Made by a program: the position numbers and the translations under genes
Assembly (NCBI GenBank): GCA_041615815.1
Contig: JBFJCP010000020.1
Span: 1-64,000 of the forward strand
Origin: Gemmatimonadales bacterium
GTDB taxonomy: Bacteria; Gemmatimonadota; Gemmatimonadetes; Gemmatimonadales; GWC2-71-9
Direction: 5' to 3'
Length of the DNA: 64,000 nt
Shown here: positions 51,889 through 62,490 of the stretch, one piece after another
Numbering within the stretch: the stretch's first letter is position 1
How the letters are laid out: every line of letters begins with the position of its first letter
The notes under the pieces: generated by a model
The model's database searches: none
What the model was told of the DNA's origin: nothing
The model's input: only the letters and a program-made list of their open reading frames with translations

Positions 51889-52155
51889 TCAGGCGTTCTT
51901 TGATGCCGCGCCGCTGGCGCGGACACGCGCCAGCGTGTACGCGGCAATGGCAATCCAGACGACGTTCACGAACGTGGAGGGATACGCACGGTAGTACGCC
52001 GTGTTGACGATCAAGCCCAGACTGCCCACGACGTTGAGGGCCTGGTACCCGATCGAATGGCCAACGAATCGCCCTCGTGAAATGAGCGCATACGCCACGA
52101 GGAGGGCCGCGGCTCCTACCCACCCCAGGAGATCTACCAGGAGGTTCACCGTCAT
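51889..52155 (-). CDS. Small membrane protein (CBU_0592-like)
   Basis: D..GW.G..L.AY, YQ.LN..GS..L, N..W pattern. Confidence 0.7.
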   Translation of the reverse strand: MTVNLLVDLLGWVGAAALLVAYALISRGRFVGHSIGYQALNVVGSLGLIVNTAYYRAYPSTFVNVVWIAIAAYTLARVRASGAASKNA

Positions 52156-52244
52156 GGATCTTCGCCTTGTTGAGCATCGCCGGAACCCTTGGCCCCTTGC
52201 CGATCCCGCCAGTGGGAACAAAATATGCAGCACCGCGTAGCGTA

Positions 52245-53597
52245 ATGACCATGAAAAATGGCAGTCCGAGCCTCGTCCTCGCCATCATGGCGATCCTACC
52301 GCTCATCGGCGGTTGCGACGGGAACGATCCACTTCGCGGCTACTTCGTGGGATCGACGCCCAGGGAGCGATATGCGGAGTCCCTGAGCGCCGCAGGTCTT
52401 GCGCGCACGGCGCTCGCCCGCGATTGGCTGGCGGCCGGGGAGCAAGCTCTTCGGATTCCGACCCGGATCCCGACCCCGTATCGCGAGCTCGGCTACCTAG
52501 ATCCCTCCGAGCCCCGGGCTGAGGCGTACCGGGTGGAGCTGCGTCGCGGACAGCGCCTCGCCGCGCATATAGCCGTCGAGACGGACAGCACCTTCACGTT
52601 CTTCATGGATCTCCTGGTGGTGCGCGAGAGTGGAAGTCACGGAGACCCGGTACTGCTCGCGACGGCCGACACGATCACCCCCTCCCTCGACTATGTGGCA
52701 CGGCGGGACGGTGTGTATCTGCTCCGTATCCAGCCAGAACTTCTCCGCGGCGGTCGCTACACGCTCACCGTCGAGGTGACGGCTTCGCTCGCGTTCCCCG
52801 TGCTCGGTCGCGACGCGCGGGCCATTCGCAGCCAGTTCGGCGCACCGCGCGACGGCGGAAGACGGCAGCACCACGGGGTGGATATCTTCGCACCCCGAGG
52901 GACCCCCGTGTTGGCCTCCTCACCCGGCCGAGTGCGGCGGGTGAGCGACAGCCGCCTCGGTGGCAAGGTCGTCTGGTTACGGGATGCCGAGGTGGGTTAT
53001 TCGCTCTACTACGCACACCTGGACAGCCAGGCGGTCCGGCGCGGGCAGCTGGTGCATCCCGGCGACACGGTAGGCTTCGTGGGCAACACCGGGAACGCCC
53101 GGACTACGCCTCCCCATCTGCACTTTGGCATCTACATGCGGGGAACGGGTCCTGTCGATCCGACGCCCTTCCTGGAGCTGCCGCCTGGATCGACTCCGAC
53201 CCTCCGAGCGGGACTCGACCAAGTTGGTCGATGGGCGCGAATAACCGGGGATCAGGTGCGGCTACGAGAACGTCCCGGCGGCAGAACCCAGGTTCTGGCC
53301 GAGCTTCCCCAGCACACGACGGTGCGAGTCTTGGCGGCCACTGGTTCCTGGTATCGGGTCGGGCTGCCGACTGGGGGTCAGGGATTCGTCTCGGCGGAGT
53401 TGGTCGAGACGGCCGAGCGGCCCATCGGATCGCGGTTGATTCCAGGGGGCGCCGTGGTCCGGCGGCACCCCGTGGAGAACGCCGCGCCCGTGGACCTGAT
53501 GGAGCTCGACGCGTCGGTTCCGGTGCTCGGGGTCTTCGGCGGCTACGCCCTGGTCACAACTCCCAACGGGCGCAACGGCTGGGTCGTGGTCGAGTGA
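52245..53597 (+). CDS. M23 family metallopeptidase with SH3-like domains (probable lipoprotein)
   Basis: HHGVD, YAHL, PPHLHF; C-terminal LRERP..WYRV..GFVS. Confidence 0.9.
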   Translation: MTMKNGSPSLVLAIMAILPLIGGCDGNDPLRGYFVGSTPRERYAESLSAAGLARTALARDWLAAGEQALRIPTRIPTPYRELGYLDPSEPRAEAYRVELRRGQRLAAHIAVETDSTFTFFMDLLVVRESGSHGDPVLLATADTITPSLDYVARRDGVYLLRIQPELLRGGRYTLTVEVTASLAFPVLGRDARAIRSQFGAPRDGGRRQHHGVDIFAPRGTPVLASSPGRVRRVSDSRLGGKVVWLRDAEVGYSLYYAHLDSQAVRRGQLVHPGDTVGFVGNTGNARTTPPHLHFGIYMRGTGPVDPTPFLELPPGSTPTLRAGLDQVGRWARITGDQVRLRERPGGRTQVLAELPQHTTVRVLAATGSWYRVGLPTGGQGFVSAELVETAERPIGSRLIPGGAVVRRHPVENAAPVDLMELDASVPVLGVFGGYALVTTPNGRNGWVVVE

Positions 53598-53621
53598 TCG
53601 AGCTCGCGACGGATTGACCTC

Positions 53622-53996
53622 TCAACCCGTCTCCCACCACGCCACTTCTCCCTCGTGCCCGCACTGAAAACAGTGCGCTTCCGCCGGTTCGCCCCACAGA
53701 CGCATCCGCATGGAACAGGAGGGGCACACGGCGTAACGCCGGCCCAGATCAGCCCGGGTCCCACGTGCCGGGTTGGGGTCCAGCGTGGCACGATAGACCA
53801 CGGTGAAGCGTGCGGGACGAGCGGGTCGAACTTCCACGAGGTGCCGCGGAAGCATGACGTAGCGCTCCCGAACGTCCAGCATCACGAAGCTGGACCCGTG
53901 GTTCACGATCGGGTACCACGCACCCTGTCTGAGCATCGGATCGGTGTGTGGGCGTGCCAGGGCAAACAAGCGCGCCCAGCCAAGTGGCTCTGACAT
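53622..53996 (-). CDS. Hypothetical protein with C-terminal zinc ribbon
   Basis: CPSC-X12-CFQCGH. Confidence 0.6.
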   Translation of the reverse strand: MSEPLGWARLFALARPHTDPMLRQGAWYPIVNHGSSFVMLDVRERYVMLPRHLVEVRPARPARFTVVYRATLDPNPARGTRADLGRRYAVCPSCSMRMRLWGEPAEAHCFQCGHEGEVAWWETG

Positions 53997-54100
53997 ATGC
54001 AATCGACATGTTGGAGATGTTGGACTGCGGGCGCGGACCCCCAAGGTGGGCATGCCCTAGGCGGACCGCTGTGATGGATACCACAGAGGGGAGTTGAGAT

Positions 54101-55159
<1,059 letters not shown>

Positions 55160-55165
55160 CGATGC

Positions 55166-55784
55166 GTGAAGACCCCCGACTCGCACCGAGCCGGGGGTCT
55201 TTGCGCCATCGGGGCCTCGTGCTTCGGAGCCTTACCGACGGGCGTAGACGGTCCGTTTGCCCTCGGGATCAAACAGCACGACATCGTACGGGTCCTTCCG
55301 GGCGCCTTCCATGCCGGGGGATCCCATCGGCATCCCGGGTACGGCCAGTCCGGTGGCCTTGGGCCGCTCCGCGAGCAATTGGCGAATCACGTCGGCCGGG
55401 ACGTGTCCCTCGATCACGTAACCGTCGATGACGGCCGTGTGACATGAGAAGAGGTCGCGCGGGACCCCGGCGGTCGCCTTCACCTCGGTGAGGTCATTGA
55501 CGTCCTGCGTCACGACCTTGAATCCATGTTCCTGAAGATGGTCTGCCCAGAGTGAGCAACAGCCACACGTGGGTGACTTGTAAACGAGCGCTTCCGTTTG
55601 GGACTGGTCCGCTCGTGCCAGGGTGGCCGGCGGCGCGTTCGACTCTGCAGTCCGGGCATCGGCGCCCGAGCAGGCGGTGGCTCCCGCAAGCACCGCCGTC
55701 AGGACCGCGGCGGCCGGTAGTCGATCAATCGACACTCGCATCCGTTCTTCCTTTCGGTGAAACCCCGACTCACTCCGAGCCGGG
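55166..55784. repeat. Imperfect ~30-nt direct repeats flanking the DUF411 gene
   Basis: GTGAAGACCCCCGACTCGCACCGAGCCGGG (55166) versus GTGAAACCCCGACTCACTCCGAGCCGGG (55757); the first copy forms the hairpin AAGACCCCCG..CGGGGGTCTT. Confidence 0.5.
55232..55741 (-). CDS. DUF411 (CopG-like) metal-binding protein
   Basis: KSPTCGCC, SCHTA, EGHVP, LAVPGMPMGSPGME. Confidence 0.92.
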   Translation of the reverse strand: MRVSIDRLPAAAVLTAVLAGATACSGADARTAESNAPPATLARADQSQTEALVYKSPTCGCCSLWADHLQEHGFKVVTQDVNDLTEVKATAGVPRDLFSCHTAVIDGYVIEGHVPADVIRQLLAERPKATGLAVPGMPMGSPGMEGARKDPYDVVLFDPEGKRTVYARR

Positions 55785-57227
55785 TATGACCGCTCCATGA
55801 CAGGCTGTACACATCTCGGGATTCCGGCGCCGCAGTCGATCCGCGTCGAAATCCGGGCCGTGGGGATTGAACCGGCGTCCCCCCAGCGCCGAGTGACAAG
55901 TTACACAATCTCGCTCGGTGTGGCAGGAGACGCACGATTCCAAGTTCTGCCGCGCCGCTGGGCCGTGACCCAAGATGAAGGCTTGTTTGGCGTCATGATA
56001 CCCCACGCTCAGGCGACGTTCCGCCACGAGTCCGGCACTGGCATGGCAAGCCGCGCAGTATTGGGCGGGATTGTGGCAGTCGCTGCAGGACGACTCTCGG
56101 GCGTACGCCGCCGCCGGATGACGCGTGAGAAACCCGTTGCCGTGATAGCCCGGCGATCCGGCTCCCACACCCGGAATGTGACAATCGAGACAGTCAGACC
56201 GCACGTGGCATCCTGCACACGTTTGCGGAGCGGCTGCAGCTTCGACTGCGTGCTGTTCAAGGAAGAAGTTTCCGTGATTGAGGGGCGGCTCTCGCTCGAC
56301 GATGGCCCCTACTCCCCGTTGGGGACTCCTCTGATACATCGCGCTTACCACTCGCGGCGCGGCCAGGTGACATTCCAGGCAACTTTCCTGCGTGTGACAG
56401 GTACGGCATTCTGCGGGTTCGCTCGTGGCGGAAGGACCATGGCTCGTGAGGAAGCGTGAGTCGGTATGCGAGTCCGGTGCCTCGAGCGTCGCGGCGTGCA
56501 CCAGCGAGCGCGGGTCAGGTGACAGCGCTTGAATGGCCACCTGCTCTGGCGCATCCACATGACATTGCATACAGAAGTCGCGCGCGTGGCACACCGCACA
56601 CGCGACCGCCGCACCCTCCGGGGTGGCCGGCGCCAGCACGGGCTCGTAGCCGATCAGCCCATGTCCGCTGCGACCCGCAAAGTCCGGTTCCTCGTGCGAC
56701 GACGGTGCCGGGAAGTCGGCAATGTCCGATTCCGTGAGACGAACGGCGCGTGCCAACGAAACGTGGCACATGGCGCAATCGGTCTCCGCCACCGCGTAAT
56801 GGGTTTCTCGGATCTCGTGGCAGTCGAGACACTGTTCCACCACCGCCAACTGCACATACATCCACGCGCTGTCGGGAAACGAGTGGCAGTCGACACAGCG
56901 AGCGGGCTCGCGCCCCGCGCCGCTCAGCGTATCGGCGTGCTCGGCATGGTCGAACGCGAGATTCGTTCGGGGAGGATCCACCGGGCCGTCCCATTCCACG
57001 CGCTCTTCCACCTCTCCGTCGTGGCACTCGGCGCACGACGGGGGGTCGGGATAGAGGGCTGCCCCCGGTATTTCGATGCCAGCGTGGCAGCTCACGCAAC
57101 TCGGAAACAGGCCACGATGCTCCACATGATCAAACGCATCCTGTTGGAAACCCGCGAGCGCCAATCCAACCCCGCCCAGGGCAGCGGAACCCGCGAGAAG
57201 GATGGCCGTGAGCCACCGAGCACTCAC
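55770..57227 (-). CDS. Exported multiheme cytochrome c, 16 CxxCH
   Basis: Signal/TM segment; 16 CxxCH counted by eye, many in tandem pairs. Confidence 0.92.
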   Translation of the reverse strand: MSARWLTAILLAGSAALGGVGLALAGFQQDAFDHVEHRGLFPSCVSCHAGIEIPGAALYPDPPSCAECHDGEVEERVEWDGPVDPPRTNLAFDHAEHADTLSGAGREPARCVDCHSFPDSAWMYVQLAVVEQCLDCHEIRETHYAVAETDCAMCHVSLARAVRLTESDIADFPAPSSHEEPDFAGRSGHGLIGYEPVLAPATPEGAAVACAVCHARDFCMQCHVDAPEQVAIQALSPDPRSLVHAATLEAPDSHTDSRFLTSHGPSATSEPAECRTCHTQESCLECHLAAPRVVSAMYQRSPQRGVGAIVEREPPLNHGNFFLEQHAVEAAAAPQTCAGCHVRSDCLDCHIPGVGAGSPGYHGNGFLTRHPAAAYARESSCSDCHNPAQYCAACHASAGLVAERRLSVGYHDAKQAFILGHGPAARQNLESCVSCHTERDCVTCHSALGGRRFNPHGPDFDADRLRRRNPEMCTACHGAVIPGSE

Positions 57228-58732
57228 CGCGTCCTCGGCACGTCGGGGATTCGCAGGATCGCCGGATGCAGCCCTCCTTCACTGCCCCCGGACCCGAAAA
57301 CGAACCGCACACCGGCGTTAACCCGAACCTGATCCCAATCCAGCCGCGCCGCATCCGGCCTCCGGCGCACTTCGTCATACCGGTGCACCTCGAGAAGCAG
57401 ACCCACGGCCGCGTGGGGTTGGTAGTCGACGCGAAATCCGTAGGTCCACACCTTCGCGTCGTCGAAGCGGAACTCGAGTGGTCGTTGTAACGTCCCCACC
57501 AGGGCGGTCGCAGCGAACTCCTCGATGGGCTGGACGCTGACGCCGCCCTCGAATCCCAACGACGCGGCACCAGGACCGAAGTCGGCGTGATACTCCCCGA
57601 AGACGGTCCAGGGATCGAAACGCGAAACGGTCGCTCCCCACGCCCACCGCCATCCGTCGTCTTCGAACCGGGCGAGCCCGGTCTGGGCTTCGCTGTCGTC
57701 GAACCGATAGACCTCGCCTCTCGCGCGGACCTCCACACCATCGATGGGCCTGACCGCTGCCGAGCCAAACAGCGCACGGTACGGCGTGGGACTGAAGGCG
57801 CCCCAAATGGTCCACAGATCGAAGTGTGGGCGATACCGCCGCCCGCCAGCCGTGACATGGACGAGGGCGTGGGGGTGGACCCAACCAACACGGGCCTCAG
57901 CGGTCCCCCAATAGTCGAACGACAGGTCGTAGTCCGCGCCGCCCGCGATGGTCAGACCGCGGAGGGGATATAGCGCCCCTTCGAACGCCACGCGCTCGGT
58001 CACGAACAGATCGACGGCCGGATCGACTTCACGTTGGTAGAGAACGCTCGCCTCGACCGGCCCGGCGGACCAACCCAACCGCGTGCCCACGACGAGTTGC
58101 CGATCGCGAGGCTGAAAATCATCGAGTGGGTTGAGCGCGTCGCTCGTCACCGGCAGCGCGATGCCACGGGCAAGCCCCCACCCTCCGTACCCCAATACCC
58201 GCAAGGATGGGAGCGGCCGCACCTCCACCCGGGCACCGTCGAAGCCGGTGAACCCGAACCGCGACACGACGTGGGTCCTGCCAAGCTGCGCGGTCACGTA
58301 ACGTGACGCGTACTCCGCGTACCCCTCGAGGAGTTGGACCGCCGGGTCGGTGCCCGGCCACGTGTCCACGTCACCCAGGTCCGCACCGATACGGAGCTTC
58401 CCTCGTACCGTGAGACCGGGGATCCCCAGCCCCCAGACAGCGACATCAGCGGTCGTGACCAGCGGACCACCCTGACGCTCAGGACCAGGACGGAAGAACG
58501 TGCAGAACGCCAGTCCCGAAAAACACTGGGCGGCGATCCCGTCAGGCGTCAGGAACCCACCGGACGGTCCCATCACGGCGTCCGATGCCGGGATGCTGTC
58601 CAGTTGGACACCCCGGAACGCCACCGACTGGAGTCGCGTATCCAGCCGGACGCGATACCCTTGGGCCGGCAGCAGCGCGGGCATGAGCGCCGCGAGCATC
58701 GCGACCACCACGCAGCGACCCATCATCGTCAA
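57224..58732 (-). CDS. Putative outer-membrane beta-barrel (porin) protein
   Basis: Signal peptide, no hemes, alternating amphipathic strands rich in Y/W/F/G; sandwiched between multiheme genes. Confidence 0.7.
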   Translation of the reverse strand: MTMMGRCVVVAMLAALMPALLPAQGYRVRLDTRLQSVAFRGVQLDSIPASDAVMGPSGGFLTPDGIAAQCFSGLAFCTFFRPGPERQGGPLVTTADVAVWGLGIPGLTVRGKLRIGADLGDVDTWPGTDPAVQLLEGYAEYASRYVTAQLGRTHVVSRFGFTGFDGARVEVRPLPSLRVLGYGGWGLARGIALPVTSDALNPLDDFQPRDRQLVVGTRLGWSAGPVEASVLYQREVDPAVDLFVTERVAFEGALYPLRGLTIAGGADYDLSFDYWGTAEARVGWVHPHALVHVTAGGRRYRPHFDLWTIWGAFSPTPYRALFGSAAVRPIDGVEVRARGEVYRFDDSEAQTGLARFEDDGWRWAWGATVSRFDPWTVFGEYHADFGPGAASLGFEGGVSVQPIEEFAATALVGTLQRPLEFRFDDAKVWTYGFRVDYQPHAAVGLLLEVHRYDEVRRRPDAARLDWDQVRVNAGVRFVFGSGGSEGGLHPAILRIPDVPRTR

Positions 58733-60714
58733 CGTTCCCCAGCCACCCGGTGGAGCACACCGCGAAAGTCATCCGGCGTGGACTGGAGGTGACACACTGT
58801 GCAGGTCTTCTCGGGATAGTGATCGCCGTCCTCCAGATGACAGGACAGACAGAACCCTCGATCCGGTTCGAGCCGCACAACTGTTGCCTCCACATGACAA
58901 TCCGTGCACCAGCGGTGTGCATCCGCGGGTGGTGCGTGGAGCGAGTCGTCTGGCAACGCGGGATGACACGAGACACAGCTGATGGCTGCCGCATGATGAT
59001 CGTCGTGACAGTCCGCACAGGTCGCCACCGCCGCGGTGGTCACGAGCGTCACCGGGACCGTATGACAGTCTACACAGTTCACATCGGCGTGTTGATCGTG
59101 AAGAAAATCCGCCGGCCGCTCTCGAGATGCCGCGTTCTCGACGCTCACGGTAACGACCGCCCGAAATGCCGTCTGCAACTCGTCCGACGTGTGACACGCG
59201 GCGCAGTCTGACGTGGCCGGTGCCTCGTGGTGACAGATTTGGCAGCCCCGTGGGGCTTCGAACGTCAAGGCGCCGTGGCCGGTTTCTGTCTGGTGACACG
59301 TGAGACAGGAAAGCTCGGCGTGTTGGTCGTGGGAGAAGGTATCGGGCGGCGTGACGGGGAGCTGGATTGGGGCCTCGGGTTCCGGGCGGGGGCCGATGGG
59401 CGGCGGGACGTCTCCCTTCCCCCGCGGCCGGTCCGGGTCCGCCCGCCAACTCACACCGAACGGACGATGTAGTTGGGGCACCTCCGAGCGTTGCAGCGCA
59501 CGAGTGGTATCGAAGGGCGCAATGCGTTGGAGCCCCTCCCGGATTCGCCGCGGCACGGTTGGGTCGTCGATGATCCGCGTGTGACACCCCTGACAATCAC
59601 TGGCATCCACGCGGGCTCGGTGCGGCTCGTGACAAAGCGTGCACTGGCTCCCCACGTCCAAGTGCCTGGTCCCCACATGAAATGGCTCGTCGCGCCAGTC
59701 GATGTGACAGTTGGCGGAAGCGCACGTTTGGTCGGCGGCCGTTGCCACCTCCTGTTCGTGGGGCTTGTGGCACATGCCACAGCTTCCGCTATGCGGATCG
59801 AACCTCGGATCGAAGTCCGCGAGGATCGCTTGCATTTCGTGACACGAGATACACTGCTCGGTGGCGGGCACGAGCGTGCCGGCAGCAGAGTCTCGTGTGG
59901 CCAGCGCGGGGACCTCCACCGCGAATTGGTGACAGGTGACGCAATGCAGGGAGGTCTGATTCTGCATCGCGCCCATCGCGATCTTCGAGTCGACGTGGCA
60001 ATCGGCCTGCGCGCATGTACTGTCGACGGGGACAAACTGGTGCACCTCCTGACCGTGGCAGGTGACACACATGACATCGTCCAAGCTCGTGGAGTCGGAT
60101 TCCAGATGCGTCCGGTGGCCGGCCGTGGAGGCGATTCGCTGCCACACCTCGGGCTCGCCCGTCACGTGGCACCGCTCGCAGACCGCATTGGCAACCGGTG
60201 AGTGCTCGCCGATCTCGCCGGGACGTTCCGCCACCCAGAGGTACAGCTGGCGCATGCTGGCGATAACCGATTGCTGGTGGCAGTCGTGGCAGCTAAGGGA
60301 GTCGTGCTCGCTGGCCGTGAACCGTTGGAACGCCGGGTTCATCACATGACAGCCCGTGCAGAACCCGTTGTCGTGCTGCATGTAGTCCCAGCTCACCTTG
60401 CTGGCACCCGCGGCGGCGAGGACCACGAAGACGATCGCCACGGTGATGGCGATCTTCACTCCGCGGGAGCGCGTGAGTGTCCATCGCAGGATCGGCTCCC
60501 GCTGGAGCCAGCAATAGACCAGGACACCCAACGCCACCATGACCCCCGCCACGAACCCCCAGATTTGGATCCACTGGGGCACCGTTTGGAGCAGAAACCG
60601 GACGGTGGTCGCGACCCCTCCCGGGAGAGGGGATTCCACCAGCACCGAGTCCTGCGCGGCCTGACCGGCGGCGCTACTTGTTAGCTGGGCGAGCGACGAG
60701 TGGAACGCGATCAT
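58729..60714 (-). CDS. Membrane-anchored multiheme cytochrome c with NapC/NirT-like N-terminal module, ~20 hemes
   Basis: Two TM helices then FCTGCHVM; 18 CxxCH plus 2 CX4CH; Pro-rich linker. Confidence 0.88.
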   Translation of the reverse strand: MIAFHSSLAQLTSSAAGQAAQDSVLVESPLPGGVATTVRFLLQTVPQWIQIWGFVAGVMVALGVLVYCWLQREPILRWTLTRSRGVKIAITVAIVFVVLAAAGASKVSWDYMQHDNGFCTGCHVMNPAFQRFTASEHDSLSCHDCHQQSVIASMRQLYLWVAERPGEIGEHSPVANAVCERCHVTGEPEVWQRIASTAGHRTHLESDSTSLDDVMCVTCHGQEVHQFVPVDSTCAQADCHVDSKIAMGAMQNQTSLHCVTCHQFAVEVPALATRDSAAGTLVPATEQCISCHEMQAILADFDPRFDPHSGSCGMCHKPHEQEVATAADQTCASANCHIDWRDEPFHVGTRHLDVGSQCTLCHEPHRARVDASDCQGCHTRIIDDPTVPRRIREGLQRIAPFDTTRALQRSEVPQLHRPFGVSWRADPDRPRGKGDVPPPIGPRPEPEAPIQLPVTPPDTFSHDQHAELSCLTCHQTETGHGALTFEAPRGCQICHHEAPATSDCAACHTSDELQTAFRAVVTVSVENAASRERPADFLHDQHADVNCVDCHTVPVTLVTTAAVATCADCHDDHHAAAISCVSCHPALPDDSLHAPPADAHRWCTDCHVEATVVRLEPDRGFCLSCHLEDGDHYPEKTCTVCHLQSTPDDFRGVLHRVAGER

Positions 60715-60849
60715 TTCGTCTCGGCGAATTCAGTGGCTGCTCGAAACCCGAACGCTTGGGCTGTCGGACTGCTAACGTCGGGCACGTCCTCACACAAGGA
60801 CGGACCGGAGATCACTCCGGTCCGCCACTTGTGGCACCCGCAATGCATC

Positions 60850-62358
60850 CTACCGATTGAAACGCCTCGTGAGAGCCTGGAGCCGTGCGTCGTAGTCGAT
60901 GGGCGTGGACGGGGCGACCCCGTACGTGTCCTCGACCGCCTGTTGGCTCGCGATCAGCAGCGCCTCCACCAGGAACGGATTGTGGGTGGATGATCCGAGA
61001 GGCGATCCACCATGGAGCGCCAAATGGTAGTTGAAGATCGCGCCCTCCGCCACGGTGAACGTGGGGTTCGTGGCGTCGATCTCGCCGCCGGCGTCCTCGA
61101 GGTTGGGATCCACCACCGTCAGCTGCGCCAGGAGATCGTCCGCCAGCGTCTGGTTGTTGCCCGACGCGAGCAGAAGCAATCCCCGAGCCACAGCCTCGGT
61201 GCCGTGGCAGCCAGCCGCGGTGCAGCCCCGGAAGGTCCGGGCCGTGGTGGTCAGTTCGCAGTCATCCGGCTGCGGACGCAGCGGTCCCCCATTCGCATCG
61301 ATGCACGGGATAGCCGCGAACAAATGCCCGGTGGCGTTGAACTGGAAATCACCGGTTACGGCGTCGGTGACCGCGAACGACGTTACGTGGCAGGTGGCAC
61401 AGAGCTGCGCATTGCTCTCGGTCCCATGGGTGCCGATGATGTCCCCCTGGTTGATGATCGCGTTGGGCGGGAACCACCCGGCGTCACCAAGGATCAGCGC
61501 CGTCTCTGGCGAATGGGGCTCCAGTCCATGGGACGAATTGGGATCCGGCGCCGTGCGCCGATCGTGGCACTGCGCGCAGAGATGCTGCGTGGGATCGCTC
61601 GTCTCGATGGGACGCCGGAGCTGTGCCGTATTGTTCGACCCATGGGGATCGTGGCATACCGAGCAGGTGGTCGGCATGTGGGTAGCCGAGTTCTGCTCCA
61701 GATACGTGGCATCCGGATCGAACCGTGCCAGCGCAGCCTGGCCGCGATGGCAGCCCTCGCAGGATTCCCGTCCCGCCGCGAAGCCGACCACCGCCGCATG
61801 CCCGGACGCCGCCCAATCCTCCGCGAACGGATGGTGATCGCCACTGTGACACTCGGCGCAGTTCTGATCGATGTTCGCGCCGAGATCCGCCCCGGCAATG
61901 GGCTGGGACGCGCCGGGATCCACCGAGACGTGCTGGAATCCCGGCCCGTGACAGCTCTCGCACTGGACGTCGCCGTACGTCACCGAGTCCGCCATGACGT
62001 TAAAGCCACCCGGAGGATCAATGGAATTGCCGAGGTCACTGACACTGTGACACCCAACGCAGAAGTCCTGACCCGAGCCGGAGCTGATCAGGTCCGCGAG
62101 CGCACTGGCGTGGGCCGTGTTGACCCACCGTGTCTGGACGCCCACGTGGCAATTGCCGCAGGTGGTGAGCTTCAGGTCGGGATCGAAGTATCCGAGGAAC
62201 CCGTTGGCCTGATCGGGGGGAGGATTGAAGAGCTCCCGGTCCCGGAAGACCACCGTCTCCTCTGTGCAGGCCAGGCCCGCCACCACCGTCCCAAAGACCG
62301 CCAGCTGGAGAAGGCGACGTTGCATATGATGAAGTGTGATCATGTCCGCCTCTTGCAT
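60850..62358 (-). CDS. Multiheme cytochrome c lipoprotein, ~9 hemes (start may be ~62325)
   Basis: Lipobox GLAC; 8 CxxCH plus CTAAGCH; C-terminal AIFNY..HNP helical domain. Confidence 0.88.
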   Translation of the reverse strand: MQEADMITLHHMQRRLLQLAVFGTVVAGLACTEETVVFRDRELFNPPPDQANGFLGYFDPDLKLTTCGNCHVGVQTRWVNTAHASALADLISSGSGQDFCVGCHSVSDLGNSIDPPGGFNVMADSVTYGDVQCESCHGPGFQHVSVDPGASQPIAGADLGANIDQNCAECHSGDHHPFAEDWAASGHAAVVGFAAGRESCEGCHRGQAALARFDPDATYLEQNSATHMPTTCSVCHDPHGSNNTAQLRRPIETSDPTQHLCAQCHDRRTAPDPNSSHGLEPHSPETALILGDAGWFPPNAIINQGDIIGTHGTESNAQLCATCHVTSFAVTDAVTGDFQFNATGHLFAAIPCIDANGGPLRPQPDDCELTTTARTFRGCTAAGCHGTEAVARGLLLLASGNNQTLADDLLAQLTVVDPNLEDAGGEIDATNPTFTVAEGAIFNYHLALHGGSPLGSSTHNPFLVEALLIASQQAVEDTYGVAPSTPIDYDARLQALTRRFNR

Positions 62359-62490
62359 TCGGCACGGGGGATGCCGATTTCCGTAGTAACACGGGTGAAA
62401 CTGCCGTAACAGTACTCAGGACAGCGCTTAAATTGTATCATTGGGCTGAGTGGGTACGTTAAAGTCCGCCTGAAGATCCCTTTACGCAAC

